From assembly GCA_002633005.1 (NCBI GenBank), contig NMRA01000496.1, positions 1 through 64,000 of the forward strand: a DNA stretch of 64,000 nt, written 5' to 3'. The stretch comes from Phoronis australis (lineage: Eukaryota; Animalia; Phoronida). Of the stretch, positions 38,235 through 52,917 are shown piece by piece. Under the pieces are notes generated by a model, which was not told the origin of the DNA, did no database searches, and worked only from the letters and a program-made list of their open reading frames with translations. The translations under genes and the position numbers were made by a program. Position 1 is the first letter of the stretch, and every line of letters starts with the position of its first letter.

Positions 38235-41200
38235 TTACAGGATAACGCTGAGAAGCTTTTCCCTGAGAGCAGTGGCGTGAAATACAAATTTCATTAGATT
38301 AATCTGAGCGATGGGCTCCGACATTTTCATTAGTTTTACAAATTTATGTTTATTTGGTTCACGCCAGCACCACTCAGGTACAAATGCAGTTCTCAGAGAG
38401 CAGTACATTTTACAAACACATATAAAATGGTATTCATCTTCAATTAAGGACACACAGAAACAACACACACGTTATTTTTGGTCCACGAGAGTATGTCTAC
38501 CATTCTCTATCATCAAGTTGTGGTTGGAACAACGTAATTTAGCCATAGCTGCTAAAAAGATATATGGTATATCACGCAACAGATAGGATTCCATTTCAAA
38601 ATCAATTTTAAATGAGAAATATGTATTAAGTGTTGAGCTATTCTCCACAGCAAAGCTCCAGTCTTGTAAAAAACAATCTTTAATTCGCTGCTCAAAATTG
38701 ACAAGAAACGATGCTTCGTAGCCAACTCCCTGATTGTACCATACCAAACCAAAACCATACCTTTGCAGCAATTTCCTAACAGATGAAGCCCAATTTTTAC
38801 TACCAGCCTCATCCAATGTGACAAGCTTGTCATAGACAGATTTTGGATTTCGATGTGCTGGCATTTTTAACAATTTAAACCAAAACTTGATCGGTTTAAC
38901 AAACAGCTTTACATCAATTGAATACCTTCCCAGTTCTCCCAGGACAGCATGATTTGGACAGTTACTTCCAACACCCAGCAGTTGCTTACAGAATTTCAAT
39001 TGGACTTGCTCGATACTAGAGTATTCTTTAAATCCCCAAATCTTACTTCCATAGCTAATGATTGGGTTTACCATTTTATCAAAAATCTCGAGTGCAATTT
39101 TCGGTGAAAGTCGTCCACATTTTGACTGAAAACGTTTAATTGAAAAAATTGCTTTCTGTGCCTGGTGAGACAAAGTTTCCGTAGCTTGCGTCCAGACTAA
39201 CTTACTGTAGGTGTAAGGCAAATATCCAGGTACTTATATGATGAGACGACATCAATTTTGTCATTTCCAAAATGCCATTTTTCGTATTTTCTCAAAGGTC
39301 CGCCCTTTCTAAATACCATTATTTTTGTTTTTGCAAGGTTGACTTTCATACCCCAATCCTGACAGTATTCATACAGAGCGTTAATTTGTTGCTGTAGTTT
39401 AAATGCTGTCTCTGCACAACCAACCATATCATCAGCGTAAAGCAACATACAAATTTGAGGCACATTCTCATTTACGTAAATTCCGCTAACTGAAGATTCT
39501 CTTAAGTAATCAACAAACTCGTTCAAATACATACTAAATAAAAAGGACTAAGCATACACCCTTGGCGAGTACCAATATTATTACTGAAAAAGTCAGTTAA
39601 CCCACGCTCAGTTCTTACACACGCTCTTAGCTTTGAATACATACTTTTCATCAATTTTAAAACACTACCATGTATTCCTATTTTTGAAGCCTATTCAACA
39701 AAAATTTATGTGAAATGCTGTCAAAGGACCGAGAAAAATCCACGTATATAGCATAAAATCTGCCCCTGCGCTTACTCAAGTACTTATGAACAATTCCTTG
39801 TAAGGTAAAATTTTGGTCTATTGTACTATACCTCTTTCTAAAACCAGCCTGAGCTTCGTTAAATAAGTCATTATCGTTGGCCAAACTTGTTAGACGAGCT
39901 TTTATGAGTTTCGTAAAAATTTTCCCGAGAACAGGCAGAAGTGAAATACCCCGATAATTATTTACGTCATTGACGTCCCCTTGCTTATGCAATGGACATA
40001 TTATAGCGTCACACCAGGACTGAGGAAATTCCCCTGATCGTAGAGCACTATTAAAAATGTTTGTCAAAACATGTGTTACATAATCTTTGGTGGACTTAAA
40101 GAGTTCATCAATGAGTCCGTCAACACCGGAAGCCTTACCGTTAGGTAGTTCTAGAAGAACGACAAAAATCTCACTTTCGCTAAAATCATGATTCAATTGA
40201 TTCGGGACATCTACCATACAATCCTTACAATACACATCATGACTTGCCAAGTTTCTTTCTATTTGTGCAATCACACGTCCATTATCAGGATTTTCTTGGT
40301 TTAAGAGTGAGTGAAAGTGGCAAAACCATTCATCAGCAGAAATAGAAGTATCTGACGTCATTTTCCTAGAGCATGATTTTACTAGCTGCCAAAACGCTCT
40401 GGGATTGTTAACATTTTCAATTAAGTTTTTCCTCAGTCCATCTTTAAATAACTTTTCTTTTGACTTAAAAGTCACTTTGAATTTTTGTCGCAATTCTTTG
40501 TACTTATTAAAATTAACCTGATTACTATAGTGTCGGAAACCAGTCAATGCACTATTTCTCTCTCTTTTCAGCACCTGTAACTCCTCATCCCATCATGATG
40601 GTTGGATTTTCAAAAATTTAACCGCAGCATTGGAGTGTACAATCATGTCGCAGGCAGCTGATTTATACACTTCATTTAACAACTGAACTGCGTCTTCAAC
40701 CCGACAACTCTCAATAAGATTCGCTATATCACTAGAGAACACTTGGAACCAACTGACAAACTTGTACATGAACTGACTACATCTTTCAGCCTTCCATCTA
40801 ACTCTGTCATATTCACGGACGACATAATTTGTGCTATGAACAGTGTGATCCTGTGACTGAGTGAAGCCGTGAAAAACACAAACAAGAGGAAGATGATCAG
40901 ATACATCCAATAAATCAACTTTAAAATCTGATACAAAATCAAACAATTCAGTGGACAATAGTACATAATCAACTACACTACACCCTTTATTAGATAAACA
41001 CGTAAACTCTCCTTCCTCATCACCTGATAATCTACCGTTACATGCATGGACATTTACATCGCAACACATTCTCACAAGTGATTTTCCAAATGAATTAATA
41101 ACATGATCTTTACTAATCCTTGGAAAATTAAAGGCATCTGAGTCGTACCATTCACCTGAAGGCAAAAATCTGCTGAGTCGTCTTGAATATAATCGGAGAG

Positions 41201-41640
41201 TTTGCCAATTCTAGCATTAAGATCGCCAGCAACCAAAAGAGATACATCATCGTGGGCATTCAAAAGGGCATCTTCAATACCACTTCTCAAGATTTCTACA
41301 CCATTCTTTTCAATTTGATTTTCATACACTGTCGCACCCTCAGGTGGCAAATAAACACCACAGAATAATACATCCTTTTCAGTACACAATAGACTCTTAT
41401 CAATTAATAGAAAAACACCAAAATCGAAATCATATTTCACTCGAGTTACATGCCGAGCTAAACATTTTTTACAAACACACATACTCCACCGGAGTTTCTA
41501 CCAAACCTCTTTTTCTTTGAATTAACTTTACTAAAACATTTGTACCCAGGCAAAAAGTTATCAAATTGATTTTCGTTCGTTGCCCAAGTTTCCGCAACTC
41601 CAACTAAATCAAAAGAACATAAATAATCAACGATACTTTT
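38235..41640 (-). pseudogene. LINE ORF2 (endonuclease, reverse transcriptase, C-terminal Cys/His motif), frameshifted
   Basis: Motifs GVAETW, GDLNARIG, SVVDYVL, SDHLP (APE); YRGISLL, QAGFR, YVDFSRSFDSI, LLYADD, YKYL (RT); CCFC..EDEYHFICVC. Split across several ORFs. Confidence 0.93.
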
Positions 41641-41754
41641 CTTCTCTGTTTTGCTACCTAATCCGTGTACATTCCAGACTGTTGTACGTATTTCACTGGT
41701 CCTTGAAGGCTCTGGGCCATGGCCAAACTGCTAGGCATTTCTGTAGATATCATG

Positions 41755-41969
41755 CTAGATTTCTTTAACCATTTTCTCTGCATCATCGTAAATAAACTGT
41801 TTTCCACGCCAATAGAGCTTGTTGAATTGTATAGTTGCATTCTCCATATTGTTTTCGTTTGAAAGCTCCTTTCGGGCTTTTCTTACTTTCATCGAAAAAT
41901 CTTCAGAGATGTGAATTGATTCATTGGTTATTTCCTTCTTTTTGCTCATCACTTTGCGTTTGTCTTCGA
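41755..41969 (-). pseudogene. LINE ORF1 C-terminal fragment
   Basis: IHISEDFSMKVRKARKEL...ATIQFNKLYWRGKQF, resembling the L1-type ORF1 C-terminal domain. Confidence 0.75.
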
Positions 41970-44900
41970 CGCTATTTTTAAGAGCAACGGTTAGAATTTT
42001 CTACTTCGCACCACAAGTTTTAAGATAATAGATAATTTACTTTAGGGTGTTGTTTTAAGAGGGAAATGTTAAAAATTTTGAATTCTCAAAGAATTTCATA
42101 TGCAAAGGGACGATCACGATTGCTTTGATGACAAACAAACACGAAGTACAAAAAATTCTGCATCTTGAACATAAGCCGCACTTTGATGTTACGTCACGAC
42201 TAGCAGACGGACACTTGGATCACACGGTTAGTGTATGGACAAAATAAACAAAAATACGTACAGATGTGTACAAATGGAAAATGCATAATAGAATATGGCA
42301 CTCATACCCAAAATTATAAAAACATGTTGAGCCTTAAAACAACTGTCTGTTTGAAAACTATCTACATGTAAGCAAAGCCTTAAAATATCGTTTATCAAAA
42401 GTCACCCAAGTACAATGCATCATGTGAACATCAATCCATCTATTAATAAAAGACAATCTGGAAATCTATAATTAGCATGCATTTGAACGTCAACACTGTA
42501 CTGCGTTTCACAATAATTTTCAAAATCTAATATACAATGTAGCAATAAAGATGTCGTGGGATTGAAATCAAGCCAACGTCATTATGTTCGTTTGAATTGT
42601 ATCTGCTCCCCCCACCCCACCCCCTTGACTGCCCTAAAAATGAAACATTAAGCGCGTGAGGAAAAACTGAGTTCATTACTTAACCGCAGTAATGAACGGC
42701 TTGGTTTGCAGTAAAATTTTAGAATTCCGGTTTATACTGGGTACAGTACGTGCTCGCGAATGGCCGAGACAAAATGTCGCCCCCTTTGTGATATCCTAGA
42801 TCCGCCACTGTATTGAATTCATTCTCGACACGTTACTAATGTACTACTGTACAGACCCAACTTTTCATGCGAGCTGAGATTTTGGCCACTCGTATTGTGT
42901 CGCAATATGCGACTTGGAATTTTCAACATAACCGTACTGAGTTTTTACATGTACACCTCTTGGTTGAAACCTGGCAAATATGAATCAACTCATGAGTGTC
43001 TGAACATAATTTTGTTGCTGCCGAATTAGTTCAAAGAACACTAACGGAGAAGAGCCAGATAAATGTCTAGCGTTTGCAAACATACATGTATCGCGAAAAC
43101 ATGAAATAATCCTGAAAGGGTTTTTGTTGAAATGTACTTTGGTTACTTTTTCAAATATTCGGATGCCCAGGAGAATATTTCAGACCACGTGATAAGACGT
43201 CACAAAACGGTGACGTTTACGATCAAGTTACCAAACTTTGTCTTGGAAAAAACATGTAATTTTTTTTGAGAAAATTGTCCGGATTATGAAATTATATTAT
43301 CCCAGATCATGGGCGACGCAGCAATGAGGAAAGTTAGGGTTATAGCCCCTAGACCCCTTGTGGAGCACCGCCCGTACTCCATGGGCAATGAAAACAGTGG
43401 AGGGTACAACCACCCACAAACCACTATGGTGCGACGCCCGTGCAGATAATAGATCCCATTGCGACACTGCTTGGTATTGTTCTTTGTGCTCACGGTCGAG
43501 TCCCGGCAAGGGATCGTGATTCGGTAATGTTAAGTAACGGCCTGTTTGAACACGCGTCCTGTTTTTTCGCAAAAGACAAAGTGAGTAAATTACAACCCTA
43601 GGTCCACTAATAGGCAAACGACGTCTTTTTCAGCGGAAAAAGTTTTGAGTTGCTACATATACAACTATTGCAACTTATTTTTAAACAAGCAGACATAAAG
43701 TTTTGAGCAATCATTTTATTCCTTTTATTCGCACACACCATGCCAATTTTTTACTCCCCAGATCATAAGTCGACTATGTCACTGATTTATAAAACTTGCT
43801 TGGGAAAAAATATTGTTCCGACTGAAACGTCAGCCAAAAAGAGTTAAGAATTTTGCGGGTGGCTAGAAAACACGTGGATGTTAACGAAATCCACACATTC
43901 GCGCCTTGGTGGTGCGCGTTGGACAAAAATATGGCGTTGCATCATTTCTTGCTATTCCAGTCTTTTGATGTTTTAGTACGCAACCATTTGGTAAAAAAAA
44001 AACTAAATTTGCGCCTATTCTTTACCTTTGAAACATTTTGTAACAAGCACCCACTGGTCTACTATTCGCCACTCTTAACTTTTGACAAAATTCAATAAAC
44101 CGCCAACAGCTCTAGCAAGCCCCACCATTAATTTCCCTCACTGAAATTCATTTTCAACACTGCAAGATGCGTTTAATATGCGGTAACCGGACCAATGTTT
44201 TGAGTCGCAGTGTATTAAGTATGTGGGGTCCACGGAGACATCGAATTCTGTAAGAGACTGCGTGGTTTGAAACTGTCATCTACGATGTCTATAGTCGGTC
44301 ACACACTTATTGTAGTTAAGAGTAAATTTGTTCTCCAAAAGAACCCCTCCTTTTATCAATACTTAAAAGCAAAGTCCCGGATTCGGTTGATGCCTCCGAA
44401 GGAGAATTAACCCCTCCCACATGCATGTTGGTTTCACGTGTCGTTTCTAGGCTAACATACATGTATATTCTGCAAAATTGTATGGCACGTACAGTGTATC
44501 CGGTCCCAAGGAGCAAACTCGAATTACACGGTAATGGGAAACCGCTCATGTATACATATACTACTTAAAATCACGTCAAGACAGCACCCCAAACCTCGCA
44601 GCAACTCGTTCCAAGAATAACATATTCTTCGACAGGGTTGTATTTGGATGGTCCTAATGCCTAATATCTCTGATCACAGCATATTACTAAATTAGGAGAC
44701 AATCTACAAACGCGGTTGACTGGAAAGAATTTAAAAATATACCATACTGCATGACGACATGCTGTGAATGTTCTAATAGTGTTTCAAAGTATTTTCTGCA
44801 AAGTTAGCAAAATAAAAGATGAATCATTTGTTTCTGTCATAGATCAGAAACATTAGTCCAAGGATGTCTTGTTCAATAATATAGTGCATGGAGTCGTATA

Positions 44901-47900
44901 AAATGTATGTAAAAAATTCTCCGATGAAGCCTTCCGCCAAATAGCATCAGAACTGGATCAGCAACAACACTTTAAAAACATGCATCAAGCAAAAAGAGAA
45001 GTCTATGATTTTTTTTAGGTTTTCACGAAATCGTTTTTTTTTTTAATTCTTAGGGATAAACTTAATTATAGCATGATTTTGTGATTCAGTGAGTCCTCTG
45101 TTTAAGCTATTCCGCAGTGCTACCTAACAAAAGCATCATGTGACTTTGGAACAACACTTGTCGATGGGAGTGGCTTCGCCCCTAACACACACTCTTGGCT
45201 ACAGCCACGATTCTAGCTCGCAGTGTTTAGTACATGAACGCCCAGCCCACACCAGAAGTTTGTTGAGACGGACAACTATACAGGCCCAAAAATTATTGGG
45301 TTGGGCACAAATCATTTTTACTTCGCCAAACAACCCCCACCCTTCGCCACCACCTCCGCCACTCCCCCCTCCCACGTCCGCTCTAGGTGGGGGACACAGT
45401 GGAGGATTCAGGGGTGGCCAGATTCCATTTGGGTGCAACTTTCTTACGGGTAGAACCCTGGTTAATACTCTGCCCTGCCCCTCCCCCCTTAAAACCCTAG
45501 ACAATACCGAGTCAAGAGTTGAGTAACCGTGAACCAACACGGAAAGTAAGAATGGGCCTGGGGCCAGTACACTGACCGGTAGCAAGGAGCTGACTCTAGT
45601 AGCTGTAGCTGAGATCTAACAGTGTGAAAATTGGAAATTGCAGGAGATTTAAAGCTAGTTTCTGGTCAGCTCAGCTGTGATTTAATTGAAACCGACAGCT
45701 CGTACCGACCGTCTGCCTTCGCTCTAAGGTCAAGATTTGTTTTTTGTGATCCAGTTTTGGGAAAACGTTATTTCCGTGGATTCTGCGTGGGCTAACTGCA
45801 TGGTTATATCTTATTTTTAGCGTGGGCACGTCAGTCATGACGTGAACGCAAATAAGGACAAGTAAATAAATCAGTTTCGAAGAGCAAAAATTCATTGCTC
45901 AACACTACTGGAAGCTAAACACACCTAGAAATTGCAAACACAACCTTTCCAAGCAATATGTTTAATTTTATTTATATAGGGATTTTTAAAACGTTTTTGC
46001 TATCTACTGTTTTTGAGTCCGAAATTCATCAATGTCTTTGAGAGTTATTTTAGATATGCAAAAATCTTCTATATGTTTACTTTACTATTTGGGGATCAGA
46101 TTATAGAGTTTTTCCAACTTCATGGTGCAATTAAATTCACTGAAACATAGTCATATCTTACAAGATTAGCTTCTAATTGTCAAAAATCATTTATGAATCT
46201 ATCGATTTTTGTAGCTACATAAACAAGTAAATCAGAAACCAACGAATTTGTTTGACGGGTAACCAGGGGAATGTGGGAGATGGGGCATTAAGGTGTGTTT
46301 GTGCTCGTTTCAGAGGTACCTTTAACAGTTCACGAGGTAAACTTGAAATCCACTGACAAAAAAACGACGAAATCTTTGTTTATGATTGCGAGAGTTTTCT
46401 GAGTACCCCCTTTCGACATGTACAAACTCATCACAAAAAGTAGCCTAGACAGCAGTTTTTTGTACATGTGGGAATTCCTTACAAACAACTCATAGTAACC
46501 ATCTCCAAATCTTAAGATACTACGGGAAACAGTAAAATTATTTTATAACTAACCATCGGAATTAGTCCTTTTGTGTAATTCACAAATAGTTGTCTTCATG
46601 TTCTTCAAAAATCCACACTTTCGATGGCGGCAATCTTACTGTATTTTTCACATTTTTGGTTGTTTGGGTGGAGTGGCTGTGCTGTGCACGAATGTTTTGT
46701 CTTTTTTGATAATTTGGAATCTTCATTGTGAATACTTGGCAGCGTCGGATTTAGTTGAACAGAGGGACAAAGGGACATTTCTCCCGAACTGCTCCAACGA
46801 GAGAGGGTACCGTCTGAAATGGGACACCTTGAGATGAAAGATTAAACATTATTAAGCTTGGAAAAAAGTGTGACAGTGCATTCCGCTGTCGTGTGGCCCG
46901 AAAACGATGTAGGGAGTGACCTCTTTGAACACGAAAGCCGGTTGCACGATTTCACAAAAAACCAGCAAAATAGAGGTAATCGATTCCAACAGTGGGCCCT
47001 CTCCGTGAGCGGCCCCTTAAAAATTTATCAAATAAACAGAAAAACGGGGGCCACTTGAGTGACATCAATGGGGTCCTTCAAGGGCGGAGCCCCTCAGTAT
47101 GAAAATATCTATTTTTTTCAAAAACCAGTAAATGCGCAGAAATCGATGTTATCTGCCAGTTCAACAATTTTTCTCAAGTTTTTAAAAGTTGTCTCCGTTT
47201 TCCCGTGCCAGAGAGAGGAATATGGAAAATGTAGTTTTGCATTCGCAAAATTGACTATATGAATTTAAAAATCCGATAAATTAGTACGCTCCGCAAAAGC
47301 TTTGCTTTACAAATTAGCTCGATTTTTGGAAACTTATAAATGATTGATTTCGTGCACGTTTTCAAGTGCCTTTAGACGACCTCTGCTGCAAAATCGGAGA
47401 CACTAACGACAATGTCCTGGTCAGGGTCCTCAAAAGGTAAACCATACAGTGATGCTTAGTTGTTAGATGTTCTCTTGAACTTTCTCTCTTATCCGTATTT
47501 CTCAATCTTTTTTTCTCGACTGTGCCTGGCCCCACGCCTATGTCGGTTGCCACGGTTTAATCTTGACGCCTGAATTTTTTGGGGGGCCGGTGCCCCCCCC
47601 CCCGCTTCCTACGGCTCTGCTATAAATTGAATAAATTGATCAGCGGGAACACAAAAATGAATGAAATAATTTTTTCAAGCTATAGCAGACTTCAACTAAA
47701 CATCAGGCAATTATATCAAATTTGTGTACGGAACAAACAGAATATAGAGGGGTAAGGGAACATCAGTATCGAAATGTGATATTAAAATAGGTTATTGACT
47801 GGAAAAGCAAGTTGCTGCAGGTGAAGCTACAAACAGTGATCTGACGTAACTTATGAGATACAGTACAGGTGCGGTACTTGACAGAGAATTGGTAGATAAC

Positions 47901-50071
47901 CCCAGCAGTTTATGGAAAATGACGTCATAGTGATTCTCAGATTCGGGATGAGCCGTTCTAAGGTACCTTGGTCACGTATGCGCAGTTGCCTTGAACAAAA
48001 ATCTGTGAACGAAATTTATTATCAAATTTTTCCACGTTTTTCTAAGGATTTATTGATAATTCTGTTACATGTATTTATATAACTGAAAAAGAAGTCCACG
48101 AAAAAATCCTCACGGCACTTTAGCAGATTTTGCGGTTACTCTAAAGGAACAATCATAAATTTCGCATTTTTCAGATATTTTACATTAACCTTCACATGTG
48201 TCTCTGGTTTTAAATGCACCCTGTTCACCATTTCATAAAAAATGTACGAGCTTGTGTTAACAGGTATTACTGATTCCAGACGTAATATTTGCCCAGTTGC
48301 CATTCCAAATGCAGTTTATGGTGAAACGTATATTATCCGGGATATAATTTTGACAAACATTTTACATATTCAATATTTTAACGAGATAAGTTAACTTTGT
48401 CATCATATCAGTTGGTTTATATCATGACGAAGGACGTCAGGTGTAACCTGCCATTGAGTTGAAACTGCTCAGTTTTGAATGGGTTTTCAATTCCGTCAAA
48501 ACTAGTTGCACTCTGAAACTTTTCGTATTCGTTTTTTTCTTCTTTTAACGAGAAGATTCTCTGAATGTTGAGTCAAGGCATACGCATGTAGATATAATAT
48601 TCAGTCATGGTTACAGAATGGTTTGCAAACACTTTTGTGTCGATAATATACGAAAACAAAGTGTTAATAAATAGTGATTTCAATGTCAAAAACAGCATCT
48701 GGTACAGATATGCTGAAGACTGCTAAACCGCAACAGGGGCTAAACTTTTTAATCCTGATGCCACCTATAGGAAACTCTGATAACAAGATTGCCTTAATTT
48801 CTGTGAACTTCTAGGAATGAACACTTGTGCACGAAACAAATTGGAAATTAAAACAGTCAGACCGTGAATGTGACAAACTAAAACCCTATCATTGAAGACA
48901 ACGTCACAAACAAATCAGTATTTTCACTTGCTAGAACGCCTTTCGAAATCCTAAGTGGACATATCCTATAGTCAACTATATGTTACATACTAAAGCGAAG
49001 ACACAAACTTTGATTCAAAAACATCAAGAGAGAGATCTATAAAATAAATACATTATACTGATCAAAGACAAAACAAACAATCCGTTGATTTTTCAAAAAA
49101 TTAAAACAATTTCACGGTGCGGGAACCTGTACTACGTGTTTGGAATGGTCGTGAGGAGTGCGGCGTCGTCATGAGCATATTGATGTAGGAACACAGCACC
49201 AGTCGAACAAGACAGTCTTTAAAATGTAGAAATCGATCCTATATGTAATTAAAACAGTTTTGTCCAGTAGCTTAGGAGTCGTGGCAAGCTCTGAAATCTT
49301 CTTACGTTAGTGTGATAAGGAAAGACAGGCCAGTGCAACAAGGTAGCCCTGGTGAAGTGAAAAATGAAGAATATCGGTGAAATTTTCTCATAAAATGATA
49401 CATTACAGTATGTCGGTGATTTAATACAACTCATACTGTAAGCAATATTCCATGCGTGTGCTGAAAAAGTTTCAGCTAAAATTGTGATTGATTAACAAGG
49501 ACATGGAAAGAGCAAATTAGGCAGTAGGACGAACGACAGTGTGGACTCGCCAGTGAGATGGTTAAGAATTAGTCAAATTTTAATCAGAATAGATTGTTTA
49601 GCTTTATAATTACCAGCTGTTCTCGAGAAGTATTGTCGGATATGTTATTTGACAAAGATTGGATGTATTTGCAAATGGTGTCCTAAAGTAAGAACACAGA
49701 CAGGAAGTGTCAGGCCATTGTCATTGACTATTTTGGACAGAGTGAAATCGATGTAAAAACATTTTACATTTTTTCTGATCAACCAGTTTTAAGTGTTGAT
49801 AACTTGTATTGACAAAGATCACTTTGCTGAAGTAATTGGCCACGACGATCAAGTACTATAGATAAGGTATCTAACATTGCACGAGCGCGGCGGTTTGGAA
49901 CGTTTCAGAGTAAAAATATATACATGTAGGCACATCTCAACTCTGCTTTGGGGGAGGGCTGTGAAACCAGGAGGAAAAGAGTTTGATCACAAGGGTCCAT
50001 TTATGAAGAAGTCAAAAGTACAATGAGATGGCTAAGATGACAGGTCTAGCACGAGAATACAGAAATATGCG

Positions 50072-50215
50072 ATATCACACCACGCATGATCGATGCTTTG
50101 AAAACAATAGGGAAGTCAAACATCTGAATCAAGTTTGATAGGATGATAATAGGTGATATCACACCACGCATGATCGATGCTTTGAAAACAAAAGGGAAGT
50201 CAAACATGTGAATCA
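50072..50215. repeat. Local ~60-bp direct duplication
   Basis: GATATCACACCACGCATGATCGATGCTTTGAAAACAA.AGGGAAGTCAAACAT.TGAATCA occurs twice. Confidence 0.9.
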
Positions 50216-50739
50216 TCTTATTAAACTTGGCACGTCCCGTTTAGCTGTCTTACTGTTTTTAGATGTGTCAGAAATGTTACCTTCGGCAAGACCGTAACAG
50301 TGAGGCACTCGAACGACATTGCAAAGTATTAATCGGATCAGATACAAACTTTCTTTGGAAAAAATTGAGATTTATTTGAGAGTTCAAGCATATTGGAATG
50401 GAATTTGGCAGAGATCCATTAGAATCGAAAATACGCTTTGCTGATCCAAACCTTAAGCAACTGCCTACTCCTGGAATTATACATGACCTTGTTGATATCG
50501 CTCCCAAAGCGAGTGCGTGTCAGTTAAGCGTTGACGACGAGAAGATAAATTTCGAAAAAGCAAAAACTGGTGGTGACACTGACCTGTTCGGCTACGAAGA
50601 CGAACCAAATTTGAAAGACGGAAAGCTAGGACTTACGCAGGAAGATGAAAAAGTTAAGGAACTGAGAAATTTGTTACAACTGCAGTCCATTAGGGGCAAA
50701 TATTTTAACAAATCCCACCGTATCTGCGCTTGGAGTTGA
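50215..50739 (+). pseudogene. Degenerate coding remnant, probably transposon-derived
   Basis: Protein-like fragments LAVLLFLDV, ESKIRFADPNL, PGII and GDTDLFGYEDEPNL, which I recall from invertebrate DNA-transposon-associated proteins. Family not identified. Confidence 0.45.
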
Positions 50740-52787
50740 AAGAATGTATACACAAAGTATACATCATTTCGTCACTGAGATTGAAAGAGTTAGTCCCACT
50801 GAGAAGGGGCGTGAACTAACATTGTAAAAATTCAAAAAGATATGCGGTCCTACATGCCAAATGTGGAAATCAGTGCCAAACCTTGAGTCATTTGACATTT
50901 TTATATCAAGTAAATGGTTTTAAAATATAGGAATACGTTACTTTCTACAAGTATCGATGCATAATTAGACGACAACAATTAGTTGAAAACACCACCACTT
51001 CAATGCGTACAGTTTCTCATGACGAGATCGGACAGTCACGCGAAACTCAAATATGACTACTCCCTACAGACACTTTGAGAGTAGGCCTAGCTGTCATAGA
51101 GTGCTACATAACTTAGAGTACAGTTTACAGTCACGTGTATCAATTATACTTCTCATGCTAGTTGTCTTTGGTAACATGGTAGTACTCAAACACAAAAATT
51201 AGCTAAACAAGAAAGCGTGTAAAAAATTGACCCGCAGTACATGTCCAAACACCGTGAATTTTCAGCTGTTAGAAATGAATTAGGCAAGTTAAACACGACA
51301 AAATATTAAACCTTTTGCAAACACAAATACATGTACATGTAAGGTTTCCACAACGTAATGGAACATCGTTCATTCATAAACAATACGCGAGCAACGAACA
51401 AAATGAACTGCTATCTTATTATGTGTTCTTTTCTTGGATTACTTCACAAGTAAAACAACGCCTGAATACCCACATTTGTTTTCGAGCAATCCAGATCAAC
51501 TGCAAAATTTCCAAGAGTCCCTTGCACATGTCAAATATTTACTAGAAAAAGCCAATGTAGATAACTGTGATCGCACCAACTATATCACAAATAACACAAC
51601 CATAAGGATATATCTATGCGGACCGCCCGTTTATTCAACTAATATTCTACTAAAAGGAACTCAACCTACTATACGAAAGCTGGAATTTATTATAATACCA
51701 ACATGGAAAAAATCAGAATCACTGCAGTCCTATAACCATCCAAAATTATTTCCTGAAATTGCATTGAATAAAATGCACAACAATCCCACTATCAATAACT
51801 TTTGAGTTACCATCTTCAGTTTGGGTTGATGATTGGAAAGCTTACCATATCTGACCGGGACGAAAATGTTTAATTAAGAAATACAATAAAAATACGAAAA
51901 TGGGTCTAACATTTGCCACCGTTCTACTTTGCTTCTACTTCTGCAAAGTTGTCTCATATGGAATATCGGACACTCTGTACATACTCTTCACTTCAGGTAC
52001 ATGTATCTATCCAATGAGGTAGTACGACTAGACAGGGTTTTCAAAACTTTCAGTCGCCAGACTCGTTAACCTAGGGATACCGAGAGCTAGTGTACTGAGA
52101 CGTTCCTTCTGGTCTACATAAATGACTTCCCTAGCTCCAAAATCATCTATATCAACGATTTTATCCAAATCTCGAACACATCCCAGAAGCCTCTCTATCC
52201 AGCTGCAATTGAATTTTAGAGGGCTCCAAAAGTCACGTGAACTTAAAGACACGTGAACTTCACGACTGAAGTGTTGAATTCTGCGTTTACTAGATGTCCC
52301 AATTACAGATTGACCCAATTTTTATCCGAACCTGGATGGTGAACATATTCCCCACGAACATTTGTAAAGACATATAGCGCCCCGGCTAACCCGCGATCGA
52401 GAACGACCGGAAGGCGATCAAGAACGAAATTTGGCGCGAGAAGCAAAGCCGGGCAAGGTGAGTAAATTTGATGAATTTTCGTTGTTTTTACTTCCAATGT
52501 GAAAACAGACATGAGTTCAAGGCGTAACACATTGAGGAAGAGCAGGTAGAGGTTTAGGTTAGTGTCTCTTCCAATTATAGGAGAAAAGTTACGTTGACAG
52601 AGGCATCGCTTAAGCCAAAGGTGATTTGCATGATATATTGGCAAATTGTCGGTGTTTTTGGCACTAAATCAATGAATGTACCATAGAGTTATGAAGAAAT
52701 GACGTGTGAAAATATAACGCAACGCTTGTTTTTTGTACATGTAGCTTTGTCAGGATCTCTGATTTTTCGACGCTCATCTGCTGAAAG

Positions 52788-52917
52788 CACAGGCGCTTGG
52801 GTTTATCGCAAATGACGTCACAAAATAATATATATAAGAAAACATATGTTTTCTTATATATATATATATATATATATTGTTGAGTGACGTCATTTGCGAT
52901 AAACCCAAGCGCCTGTG
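52788..52917. mobile_element. 130-bp palindromic MITE with 8-bp TSD
   Basis: CACAGGCGCTTGGGTTTATCGCAAATGACGTCAC inverted arms with a (TA)n core; TSD GCTGAAAG at 52780-52787 and 52918-52925. Confidence 0.93.

Larger units (their letters stand above)
38171..41969 (-). mobile_element. 5'-truncated non-LTR retrotransposon (APE endonuclease + RT; RTE-X-like)
   Basis: ORF1 C-terminal fragment, then fragmented ORF2; short (TGAATT)-type 3' tail; 10-bp TSD CGCTATTTTT at 38161-38170 and 41970-41979. Clade assignment is by recall only. Confidence 0.92.
35550..44230. repeat. Diverged tandem duplication of the gene's 5' region (35550-37775 vs 37900-44230)
   Basis: Collinear blocks: 35950 with 42108 (GACGATCACG..ATGACAA), 36945 with 42845 (CTGTACAGAC..GCTGAG..TTTGGCCAC), 37410 with 43540 and 37695 with 44150. 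The second copy contains a small inversion and the LINE. Confidence 0.8.

Noticed and set aside
45140-45585. Pro-rich and Gly-rich ORFs
   Set aside because: Low-complexity C-runs and a CAGTGG..GATTCAG MITE-type end; no domain.
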